NCBI GenBank assembly: GCA_039802145.1
Contig: JBDRWA010000002.1
Location: forward strand, 1 to 43,032
From: a candidate division WOR-3 bacterium
Lineage (GTDB): Bacteria > Hydrothermota > Tepidihabitantia > SM23-42 > JAOAFX01
DNA: 43,032 bases
Reading direction: 5' to 3'
This document shows positions 1 through 7,744 of this stretch, in pieces (the first letter of the stretch is position 1; each line of letters opens with the position of its first letter). Under the pieces are notes generated by a model. It had not been told where the DNA came from. It searched no databases and saw nothing but the letters and a program-made list of their open reading frames with translations. A program made the position numbers and the translations under genes.

Positions 1-2
1 AT

Positions 3-365
3 TTGACCAATTCTTCGGTAGAAAGGATTATCATACCTGATGAGTTTCATATTGTTCATTATATAACCAAAAAAATTATATGGGTCTTGGAAAATTTAAG
101 GGTATATCCGGAACGAATGATGGAGAATATTAATAACAGTCTTGGGCTTTATGCATCACAAAATTTGATGAATAGATTGATTGAAAAAGGAATGAATAGG
201 AAGACAGCTTATGACATAGTTCAGAATCTTTCCTTCAAAGCAATGGAGGAAAAAAGGCAATTAAAAAAGATCGTTGAGGAAGATTGCGAGACAAGAAAAT
301 TTCTGAATGCAAAGGACATTGAAAAAATCTTTGATCTGAAGTGGTTTTTGCGAAATATTTTATGA
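3..365 (+). CDS. purB: Adenylosuccinate lyase, C-terminal fragment (5' end lies outside the window)
   Basis: The ORF is open to the window edge. The translation YPERMMENINNSLGLYASQNLMNRLIEKGMNRKTAYDIVQ... matches the conserved C-terminal helical domain of PurB as I remember it. Confidence 0.8.
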   Translation: MTNSSVERIIIPDEFHIVHYITKKIIWVLENLRVYPERMMENINNSLGLYASQNLMNRLIEKGMNRKTAYDIVQNLSFKAMEEKRQLKKIVEEDCETRKFLNAKDIEKIFDLKWFLRNIL

Positions 366-367
366 TA

Positions 368-395
368 TTGACTTTAATAAGAAATTCATTATAAT
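368..395 (+). promoter_or_regulatory. Sigma70-type promoter TTGACT-16 nt-TATAAT, ending 6 nt before ATG 402
   Basis: TTGACT at 368-373 and TATAAT at 390-395 with a 16-nt spacer. There is no Shine-Dalgarno between the -10 and the ATG. Confidence 0.6.
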
Positions 396-401
396 CAAAA
401 A

Positions 402-1589
402 ATGGATATATTTAAAAAATGCAAATCGACCGTTGAAGCAGTGAACCGTGCTAAGAGCATAAATATTTATCCATATTTTACACCTATTGAATCAGTTCAA
501 GACCACCGGGTAATAATAAATGGTAGGGAATACATTATGATCGGTTCCAATGGCTATCTCGGACTTGCTGCAGATGAAAGATTGAAAAGAGCAGCGATTG
601 AGGCCGTTCAAAAGTATGGCTCAACCTGTTCTGGTTCAAGATTTTTAAACGGAACCCTTGATATCCATATAAAACTTGAAAAAGAACTTGCCGAATTTTT
701 TGAAAAAGACGATGGGATTATTTTCTCAACCGGATTTCAAACCAACCTCGGGATAATTTCGGCAATTGCAGGCAAAGATGATGTTATTATTATAGATAGA
801 CAAGACCACGCATCAATCATAGATGGCTGCAGACTCTCATTCGCTGATGTCAAAAAATTCAAACATAATGATATGGAGGACTTAGAACGGATATTGAAAT
901 CATTACCTCATAATAGAGGGAAATTGATTGTTGTGGATGGAGTTTTTAGTATGGAGGGCGATGTAATAAACCTACCCGAGGTTGTTAAACTGAAGAAAAA
1001 ATATAATGCAAGACTGCTTGTAGACGATGCCCATGGCATTGGGGTGATGGGTAAGAATGGCCGCGGTGTATGTGAACATTTCAATCTATTAAATGAAGTA
1101 GATATCATTATGGGCACATTCAGTAAATCATTTGCATCGCTCGGTGGTTTCGTCGTTGCGGAAAAAGATGTGATAACCCATATTAGACATACTGCCCGCG
1201 CACTCATATTTTCGGCAAGTATGACCCCAGCATCTGTTGCCAGTGCGTTAAAATCTTTGGAAATAATAAAGACCGAACCAGAGCGTAGAAAAAGACTTTG
1301 GGAGGTAACAGAGAAGGTAAGAAAGGGGTTTAAAGATATTGGGCTTGATACAGGTAGAAGCACAACACCGGTTATTCCCGTCATTATTGGCGAGGATGAA
1401 AAGTGTTTTGCTTTCTGGAAGATGCTCTTTGAAAACGGTATTTTTGCCAATCCAGTTATTTCTCCAGCCACACCACCGGGCAGGGCACTTATCAGAACGA
1501 GTTATATGGCAACACATACGGACGAAGATATTGATATCGTACTTGATGTCTTTGCACGATGTGCTAAAGAATTTGGATTGGTAAAGTGA
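402..1589 (+). CDS. PLP-dependent alpha-oxoamine synthase, serine palmitoyltransferase-like (Spt/Kbl/BioF family)
   Basis: Motifs GSNGYLGL, GSRFLNGT, HASIIDG, VDDAHGIGV and the PLP-lysine motif GTFSKSFASLGGF. The C-terminal ANPVISPATPPGRALIRTSYMATHT is typical of Spt-like members. Confidence 0.85.
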   Translation: MDIFKKCKSTVEAVNRAKSINIYPYFTPIESVQDHRVIINGREYIMIGSNGYLGLAADERLKRAAIEAVQKYGSTCSGSRFLNGTLDIHIKLEKELAEFFEKDDGIIFSTGFQTNLGIISAIAGKDDVIIIDRQDHASIIDGCRLSFADVKKFKHNDMEDLERILKSLPHNRGKLIVVDGVFSMEGDVINLPEVVKLKKKYNARLLVDDAHGIGVMGKNGRGVCEHFNLLNEVDIIMGTFSKSFASLGGFVVAEKDVITHIRHTARALIFSASMTPASVASALKSLEIIKTEPERRKRLWEVTEKVRKGFKDIGLDTGRSTTPVIPVIIGEDEKCFAFWKMLFENGIFANPVISPATPPGRALIRTSYMATHTDEDIDIVLDVFARCAKEFGLVK

Positions 1590-2701
1590 TAAAAATAATT
1601 CCAGTCAGAAACGAAAGGGAATTAAAGTCGTTTGTAGAATTGCCTTATCGATTATACAAAAATAACCGCTACTGGGTTCCACCTTTAAGAAGGGATGTAT
1701 ATAATCTTTTTGACAAGAAAAAATATCCATTCTGGGAGCATGCCGAGAGAGAAATGTTCCTTGTTTACCGTAATAAAGAAATTGTCGGGAGGGTGTGCGC
1801 AATAGTTGATTACAATTTTATTGAATTCTGGAATGAAAAGACTGGATACTTTGGATTCTTTGAATGTGAAGATGATATAGAGGCAGCAGTTGCGTTATTC
1901 AGGGCAGTGCGTGATTTTCATAAAGAAAAGGGAATGACCAAATTCGTTGGCCCATTTAATCCTTCAACAAATGAAGAGGTGGGTTTTCTCCTTGAAGGTT
2001 ATTTCTTAGAACCGATGATAATGATGACATATACCTTTGAATATTATCATGAACTTGCTGCAGGAGCAGGTTTGACTAAGGCAAAGGATTTATATGCGTT
2101 TTATATTGAAACTAAAAATGCACCCTTAGAATATCTTGAAAGACTCTGTTCAATAATCCGTCAGAGAGTAAGGGATTTAAAGGTGAGGAGAGTAAATCTT
2201 GATGATTTTCCAAACGAGGTTAAAAAAATAAAAGAGGTGTATAATGACGCCTGGAGCAGAAACTGGGGTTTTGTGCCAATGACTGATGCTGAGTTCAACC
2301 ACATTGCAAAAACATTAAAGGACCTTGTAGTGCCGGAATTTGTAATAATAGTTGAAATTGATAATGTCCCTGTCGGTGTTTCGCTAACTGTTCCTAATTA
2401 TAATTTTGTTCTAAAAAAACTCAATGGCAATCTGAATTTAATAGGAATGCTAAAATTTTTATATTATAAAAACAAGATAAAAGAGGCAAGATTAATGATT
2501 ATGGGTGTTAAAAAAGAATATCAGAAATTAGGACTTGAGGCACTGATGTTTCTTGAAACATTTAAGGCCGGAATGAAACTCGGCTACAACAGCGGTGAGT
2601 TAAGTTGGACCCTTGAAGATAACTATCCAGTGAATAATACGATAATAAAAATGGGTGGCAGGTTATACAAAAAATATCGCATCTATCAAGGTACCGTATA
2701 G
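1586..2701 (+). CDS. GNAT-like N-acyltransferase family protein (the type found next to or fused with BioF2-like synthases), function unknown
   Basis: 371 aa. GTG start overlaps the upstream stop (GTGA). An N-terminal RLYKNNRYWVPPLR motif and a C-terminal GVKKEYQKLGLEALM acetyl-CoA-binding-like motif. The family assignment is from memory. Confidence 0.5.
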   Translation: MIKIIPVRNERELKSFVELPYRLYKNNRYWVPPLRRDVYNLFDKKKYPFWEHAEREMFLVYRNKEIVGRVCAIVDYNFIEFWNEKTGYFGFFECEDDIEAAVALFRAVRDFHKEKGMTKFVGPFNPSTNEEVGFLLEGYFLEPMIMMTYTFEYYHELAAGAGLTKAKDLYAFYIETKNAPLEYLERLCSIIRQRVRDLKVRRVNLDDFPNEVKKIKEVYNDAWSRNWGFVPMTDAEFNHIAKTLKDLVVPEFVIIVEIDNVPVGVSLTVPNYNFVLKKLNGNLNLIGMLKFLYYKNKIKEARLMIMGVKKEYQKLGLEALMFLETFKAGMKLGYNSGELSWTLEDNYPVNNTIIKMGGRLYKKYRIYQGTV

Positions 2702-2716
2702 AAAACCCCAATTTTC

Positions 2717-2744
2717 TTGACAATTTTTCATTTTGGAATATAAT
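2717..2744 (+). promoter_or_regulatory. Sigma70-type promoter TTGACA-16-TATAAT for the GYD/thiC operon
   Basis: TTGACA at 2717-2722 and TATAAT at 2739-2744, followed by a 20-nt leader carrying GAGGAGG (2754-2760) before ATG 2765. Confidence 0.65.
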
Positions 2745-2764
2745 ATAATTTATGAGGAGGCATA

Positions 2765-3010
2765 ATGACTTTTATTACGATGCTTGATGTGATTCCAGGT
2801 CGTGCTGATGAAATGCTTAATGCTGTCAAAACTTTAAAGATTCCTGAAGGAATAAAGATTAGAGAATTCTTATCCCTTTTTGGCAAACCCGATTATGTTT
2901 TAATATTTGAAGCACCAAATGAAGAGAAGGCGATGAATTTTATATTAAAATTTGTTGCATATGCAGTTCCCAAGACCTCGCTCGGCGTAAATGTGGAGTC
3001 TGTAAAATGA
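2765..3010 (+). CDS. GYD-domain protein (small, function unknown)
   Basis: 81 aa with the core GKPDYVLIFEAPNEEKA, typical of the GYD family. The stop overlaps the thiC start (ATGA). Confidence 0.55.
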   Translation: MTFITMLDVIPGRADEMLNAVKTLKIPEGIKIREFLSLFGKPDYVLIFEAPNEEKAMNFILKFVAYAVPKTSLGVNVESVK

Positions 3011-4254
3011 CTGATTTAATAAATAAATTGGCGAAAGAAGAAGGAATAAATTCCGAAATATTGAAAAAAAATTTAAAGAACGGAACAGCAGTTTTAATAA
3101 AGAGCCGACTCCATCGTATAAAACCTCTAATTTTAGGAAAGGGATGCAGAATCAAGGTTAATGCTAATATTGGAACATCACCAGACTTTGCAAGTTTAAA
3201 ATATGAGCTGAAAAAATTAAAGGCAGCGATTGAAAGCGGTGCTGATGCAGTAATGGATTTATCCACGGGGGGAAATATTGACAGAATTCGCAGAGAAATT
3301 GTGCATGCATCTTGTGTTGCTGTAGGAACCGTACCCATATACCAGGTAGCAATTGAAATGCGCAAGAAGAAAAAACCTTTCACAAAGGCAGGCGTAGATG
3401 AAATATTTGAAACAATAGAAAAACACCTTGCAGATGGAGTTGATTTTATCACAGTTCACTGTGGTGTTACTCAAGAAGCAATAAAAGGAATAGAAAAAAA
3501 GAGAAGGGTCTGCGGTGTGGTAAGCAGGGGTGGTTCAATGATGATTGAATGGATGAAAGCAAACAATAGAGAGAATCCTCTTTATGAATACTACGACCGG
3601 CTCCTTAAATTAGCAAAAAAATACTCAGCCACGCTTAGTCTCGGTGATGGTTTAAGACCTGGTGCGATCAGTGATGCTACAGACGAATATCAGGTAAGAG
3701 AACTTGTAATAATTGGTGATTTAGTAAAAGAAGCCAGGAAGAATGGTGTATCTGTAATTGTGGAAGGTCCGGGGCATATTCCAATTAATGAAATTGAAGC
3801 AAATATTAAACTCCAAAAAACAATCTGTGATGGTGCACCATTTTATGTTCTCGGCCCCCTGGTGACCGATATTGGAGCAGGATATGACCACATTGTTGCA
3901 GCAATCGGTGGTTCACTCGCAGGATATTATGGTGCGGATTTCCTCTGCTATGTAACGCCATCTGAGCACCTGGGATTACCCAGTATTGAAGAAGTACGCG
4001 AGGGTGTTATAGCGTTGAAAATTGCAGCGCATGCTGCGGATATCGCACGGGGTTTACCTAAGGCAAGAATGTGCGACCTGAACCTGTCAAAAGCACGATT
4101 TGCCCTTAATTGGAAAAAAATGTTTAAATACTTAATTGATCCCCAAAAAGCAAAAAAGATATTTTTACGGAAATACTCTCGCACAAGTCGCGCCTGCACA
4201 ATGTGCGGCGAATTCTGTGCAATGAAAAAAACCCGAGAAATTTTCAGGAGGTAG
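3007..4254 (+). CDS. thiC: Phosphomethylpyrimidine synthase (radical SAM, short anaerobe/archaeal-type form)
   Basis: Motifs [65 protein letters not shown] and the C-terminal cluster CTMCGEFCA. Confidence 0.95.
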   Translation: MTDLINKLAKEEGINSEILKKNLKNGTAVLIKSRLHRIKPLILGKGCRIKVNANIGTSPDFASLKYELKKLKAAIESGADAVMDLSTGGNIDRIRREIVHASCVAVGTVPIYQVAIEMRKKKKPFTKAGVDEIFETIEKHLADGVDFITVHCGVTQEAIKGIEKKRRVCGVVSRGGSMMIEWMKANNRENPLYEYYDRLLKLAKKYSATLSLGDGLRPGAISDATDEYQVRELVIIGDLVKEARKNGVSVIVEGPGHIPINEIEANIKLQKTICDGAPFYVLGPLVTDIGAGYDHIVAAIGGSLAGYYGADFLCYVTPSEHLGLPSIEEVREGVIALKIAAHAADIARGLPKARMCDLNLSKARFALNWKKMFKYLIDPQKAKKIFLRKYSRTSRACTMCGEFCAMKKTREIFRR

Positions 4255-4256
4255 CA

Positions 4257-5849
4257 ATGCAGTTACGCGAAGAAATTCGTTTAAAAGGTATGAATTTTTC
4301 AAAGAGAAGCAGTATTGCAATTATGCTTTTCTGTATCCTGATTGAGTTGATTTTCTTATTCGGATATTTATTCAAATTCATGTATGTTCCTGTTCTTTTG
4401 CCCATAATTACTGCAGTTATATTCATTTATGCATTTGTTATTTTTAATCTTGTGCGCAGGAATATTTACTCTGCTCTATTCCCCTATAGTATCACTACTG
4501 TAACAATACTCGTTTTAACAGTATGTCTTGCCTTTGTAAATCCTCAAATTAGAATACCGTTTTTTATTATATACTTATATATCGCACTCCACCCTGCATA
4601 CCTCCTCGGTATAAAAAATGGACTATATGCTATTGTGCTGACAGATATTGCCTACGGAATAATGGTACTATTAACCCAGCATCTCTATCCAGAAGTAAAT
4701 CTGGGATTAGAGTTTACGAAACTCATATTTTTTACCTTTATAGCCTTTTTGCTCACCATTGATTTTGACCGTGATTTAGTCCGCTTGAGACGTTTCAGAA
4801 CATTGATGGGAGAAGTTGAAAAAGGAGATCTGACTGTGCGGTTTGAAGAAAAAAATGGTTCACCAGATGAAATATCTCTGCTTGGCAGAACAATTAACAG
4901 ACTTATATCGGCTGAGGCTGGTATTATAAAATTAATAATTGAAACATCACGGAACCTCAGTGAGATTGGAAGTCAAATTGCCTCTACTTCAAGTGAGCTT
5001 TCCACTGCAATTTCAGAAATCGTTTCTACAACTCAGAAAATGACAGAAGGTGTTGAACGTCAATATCAGGAACTTGATAAATCAATTTCTACAGGCAAAT
5101 CATTAAGTGAGATAAGTTTTGAGGTGGTCGACAATATCAAAAAAGTCGAAGGTTATGCAGATAATTTTGCCACAAGCGCAAGCGAGGGGTTGAGTCAGAG
5201 TGATATTATGATAAAAAATATTGAAATCATAGGAACCAGATATGAATACCTCATTAGTTTGATGACAAAATTATATGACGTATCAAACACCATTACTAAA
5301 ATTATTGAAACCATAAACAAAATCTCGGAGAAGATAAATATTCTCTCCCTTAATGCCTCTATTGAAGCGGCACGGGCAGGAGAGTTTGGTAAAGGATTTG
5401 TAATTGTTGCAGACGAAATAAAAAAACTTGCAGATAACACCCAAAATTCAGCAATGGAAATCGACGAAATTGTAAAAGAAATGATCGAATCTATCCGAAC
5501 CGTAGCAGAAAGCTCAGAAGAAGTCAGAAAAGCAATTGATGATGGGAACCATGTTGTTAAATCCACCACTAATTCATTGCGCACTATCTCCAGTGCAGTG
5601 ATAGAATTAAATACCGCAATAAAAAATATTAAAAATATAATTTCCCGAGAGGAAGAGGCAGTAACAAGTATATTAAAGCAAATTGAAGACTCATTTAATA
5701 TTTCAAAAGAAAACTCTACCGCTGCCGAACAGATACTTGCTTCGTTAGAAGAACAATCTGCTGCAACCGAGGAGTTTACAGCAACAGGGCAGGAACTGCT
5801 CAATATTACAAATAGATTGTCAAAGGTGATACAGAATTTTAAGGTCTGA
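4257..5849 (+). CDS. Methyl-accepting chemotaxis protein-like transducer (polytopic N-terminus, HAMP, MCP signalling domain)
   Basis: Start chosen at ATG 4257, after AGGAGG at 4245-4250. There are about six hydrophobic helices, a HAMP-like GDLTVRF...[13 protein letters not shown] segment and the conserved hairpin tip [30 protein letters not shown]. Confidence 0.85.
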   Translation: MQLREEIRLKGMNFSKRSSIAIMLFCILIELIFLFGYLFKFMYVPVLLPIITAVIFIYAFVIFNLVRRNIYSALFPYSITTVTILVLTVCLAFVNPQIRIPFFIIYLYIALHPAYLLGIKNGLYAIVLTDIAYGIMVLLTQHLYPEVNLGLEFTKLIFFTFIAFLLTIDFDRDLVRLRRFRTLMGEVEKGDLTVRFEEKNGSPDEISLLGRTINRLISAEAGIIKLIIETSRNLSEIGSQIASTSSELSTAISEIVSTTQKMTEGVERQYQELDKSISTGKSLSEISFEVVDNIKKVEGYADNFATSASEGLSQSDIMIKNIEIIGTRYEYLISLMTKLYDVSNTITKIIETINKISEKINILSLNASIEAARAGEFGKGFVIVADEIKKLADNTQNSAMEIDEIVKEMIESIRTVAESSEEVRKAIDDGNHVVKSTTNSLRTISSAVIELNTAIKNIKNIISREEEAVTSILKQIEDSFNISKENSTAAEQILASLEEQSAATEEFTATGQELLNITNRLSKVIQNFKV

Positions 5850-7201
5850 TGGCTGATATCTTAATTGTTGAGGATAAAACGAGTTTCGCTGAAGTTCTGA
5901 AAATTGCACTTGATGAGGCAGGTTTTACAACACTGGTGGTAAAGAGTGGCCGTGAGGCAATCCAGGTTTTCAAGCGGGAGAAGATAAATCTTGTACTCCT
6001 GGATTTGCGTCTTCCTGATATTGACGGAATTGATGTTCTACGAGAATTGATCAACATTGACTCAGATGCAAAATTTATAATTATGACTGCATTTGGCACG
6101 ATAGAGAGGGCGGTGGAGGCAATGAAATTAGGTGCCTGTGATTTTCTTACCAAACCATTTGACACCGAACAGCTCATTCTTACAGTTAGAAAAATAATCC
6201 AAGAACAAAAGGCGCATTACGAGAACATTCTACTCAAAGAGATGGTTGAAAATATGCATGGCTTCCCTGAAATTGTGGGAACGAGTGAGGCCATAAAAAA
6301 ATCAATTGAATTGCTGAAAAAGGTTGCATCGACCGAGACAACTGTACTTTTCCTCGGCGAATCAGGTACTGGAAAAGAACTATTTGCAAGAGCCTGTCAT
6401 AGTCTATCGCCAAGGAAGGAGAATCCATTTGTTACGATTAACTGCGCTGCGATTCCAAGTGAATTACTTGAAAACGAACTCTTTGGCTCTGAAAAAGGTG
6501 CCTTCACCGGTGCGGTGGCACGAAAGATTGGCAAATTTGAACTTGCCCACAGAGGTACAATATTTCTTGATGAAGTGGGTGATCTGGGTCTTGATTTACA
6601 GGCAAAGTTATTAAGGGTACTGCAGGAAAAAACATTTGAACGTCTGGGTGGAACTACTTCAATAAAAGTTGATGTGCGAATTATTGCTGCGAGCAATAAA
6701 GACTTGAGTGCCCTAGTCAGCGAAAAAAAATTCCGTGAGGACCTTTATTACAGATTGAGTGTTTTTCCTATCACAATTCCCCCGCTCAGAAATAGGAAAG
6801 AAGATATTCCTTTGCTCGTTAAACACTTTTTAAGAAAATTGAAATCAAACAAGCAAATTTCAGAATCTGCACTGCAAAAATTAAGAGATTATGACTGGCC
6901 GGGAAATGTGAGGGAACTGGAAAATACAATTGAACGGGCGAATATTCTTTCTTCAGATGTAATAAATCCTGAACATATACTTTTACCTTTGCGGGCAAAA
7001 AAACTAATGGAAATTTCAATAGAAAATATGGATTTGAAATCTGCATCCAGTTATGGCAGAGAAATGGCTGAGGCAGAACTTATAAGAAAGACCCTGGAAC
7101 AGACCGAGTGGAACAAAGCAGAGACTGCAAGGAGACTTAGGGTATCATATAAGACACTGCTGAATAGAATTGCAAGATATAGACAGAAGGGACTACTGTA
7201 A
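5849..7201 (+). CDS. Sigma-54-dependent response regulator (NtrC family: receiver + AAA+ + Fis-type HTH)
   Basis: Receiver motif LVLLDLRLPD, Walker A GESGTGKE, the sigma54-contact loop GSEKGAFTGA, WPGNVRELEN, and a C-terminal HTH (AETARRLRVSYKTLLNRI). The start overlaps the upstream stop (TGATG). Confidence 0.92.
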   Translation: MADILIVEDKTSFAEVLKIALDEAGFTTLVVKSGREAIQVFKREKINLVLLDLRLPDIDGIDVLRELINIDSDAKFIIMTAFGTIERAVEAMKLGACDFLTKPFDTEQLILTVRKIIQEQKAHYENILLKEMVENMHGFPEIVGTSEAIKKSIELLKKVASTETTVLFLGESGTGKELFARACHSLSPRKENPFVTINCAAIPSELLENELFGSEKGAFTGAVARKIGKFELAHRGTIFLDEVGDLGLDLQAKLLRVLQEKTFERLGGTTSIKVDVRIIAASNKDLSALVSEKKFREDLYYRLSVFPITIPPLRNRKEDIPLLVKHFLRKLKSNKQISESALQKLRDYDWPGNVRELENTIERANILSSDVINPEHILLPLRAKKLMEISIENMDLKSASSYGREMAEAELIRKTLEQTEWNKAETARRLRVSYKTLLNRIARYRQKGLL

Positions 7202-7327
7202 TTCAAAATTTCAAAGTTCCAACAATTAATTAAACCTCCAATAGAATTGTTAAATCCATATTCCGGTTTAGAATTTGCTCATTAAAATTTATTTGGACTT
7301 TGAGATTTCTATGGCTTTGCCACTGCA

Positions 7328-7413
7328 TGCCGGGAGCCGGACTTGAACCGGCACTCCCCTTGCGGGGAAGCGGATTTTAAGTCCGCTACGTCTACCAATT
7401 CCATCATCCCGGC
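7328..7413 (-). tRNA. tRNA-Leu (anticodon UAA), long variable arm, CCA not encoded
   Basis: The reverse complement is GCCGGGATGATGGAATTGGTAGACGTAGCGGACTTAAAATCCGCTTCCCCGCAAGGGGAGTGCCGGTTCAAGTCCGGCTCCCGGCA. It folds as a cloverleaf with anticodon stem GCGGA/TCCGC and loop CTTAAAA. Confidence 0.92.
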
Positions 7414-7424
7414 AGGAATGAAAT

Positions 7425-7452
7425 ATTATATTCAACATAATAACCTTGTCAA
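7425..7452 (-). promoter_or_regulatory. Sigma70-type promoter TTGACA-16-TATAAT for tRNA-Leu(UAA)
   Basis: On the minus strand, TTGACA is the complement of 7447-7452 and TATAAT the complement of 7425-7430. The tRNA 5' end lies 11 nt downstream. Confidence 0.75.
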
Positions 7453-7469
7453 CATAAGATTTAAACAGA

Positions 7470-7497
7470 TTGACATTATGATTTTTATAGATATAAT
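7470..7497 (+). promoter_or_regulatory. Sigma70-type promoter TTGACA-16-TATAAT for tRNA-Leu(CAA)
   Basis: TTGACA at 7470-7475 and TATAAT at 7492-7497. The mature tRNA starts at 7586, so the leader is about 80 nt. Confidence 0.7.
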
Positions 7498-7518
7498 AGC
7501 GTAATAAACTTGACTCTT

Positions 7519-7580
7519 GCCTTTATCCTCCCTTGTCTGTGCGTGGCACAGAGCGACTTCGCGAGGGAGGATAAAAAGGC
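7519..7580 (+). repeat. G+C-rich nested inverted repeat (hairpin) inside the tRNA-Leu(CAA) leader
   Basis: GCCTTTATCCTCCCT (7519-7533) pairs with AGGGAGGATAAAAAGGC (7564-7580). The inner hairpin is CTGTGC-GTG-GCACAG. Confidence 0.7.
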
Positions 7581-7585
7581 AGCCT

Positions 7586-7671
7586 GCCGAGATGGCGGAA
7601 CTGGGAGACGCGGCGGACTCAAAATCCGCAGTGCCGAAAGGCGCGTGGGGGTTCAACTCCCCCTCTCGGCA
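7586..7671 (+). tRNA. tRNA-Leu (anticodon CAA), long variable arm
   Basis: GCCGAGATGGCGGAACTGGGAGACGCGGCGGACTCAAAATCCGCAGTGCCGAAAGGCGCGTGGGGGTTCAACTCCCCCTCTCGGCA, with anticodon loop CTCAAAA. Confidence 0.92.
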
Positions 7672-7744
7672 TAAGGGATAGGTGATGGGCTTTGTTCAAT
7701 GGATGTGGTTGTTGGTAGGGTCTTTGTCAATTGTTTTTAAATTA

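Noticed and set aside
908-1471. Long antisense ORFs inside well-supported genes (for example 908-1471 -, 2940-3452 -, 5195-5803 -, 5839-6177 -, 8892-9257 +, 12652-13014 -, 15084-15428 -, 20519-20836 -, 27564-27968 -, 35278-35586 +, 40769-41137 -)
   Set aside because: Each lies entirely opposite a gene with strong family motifs. Their translations are low-complexity (Ser/Ile/Phe-rich) as expected for shadow frames of AT-rich coding DNA, and none has a promoter or SD.
2702-3006. Expected TPP (THI-box) riboswitch upstream of thiC
   Set aside because: I looked for the conserved CUGAGA ... ACCUGAUCUGGAUAAUGCCAGCG-type core in the 63-nt promoter/leader region and in the GYD gene and found nothing similar. 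The leader is only about 20 nt. A covariance-model scan would be needed to be definitive.
7432-7656. 74-aa ORF on the minus strand spanning the tRNA-Leu intergenic region
   Set aside because: It overlaps two promoters, the G+C-rich leader hairpin and most of tRNA-Leu(CAA). It is an artefact of the structured RNA region.
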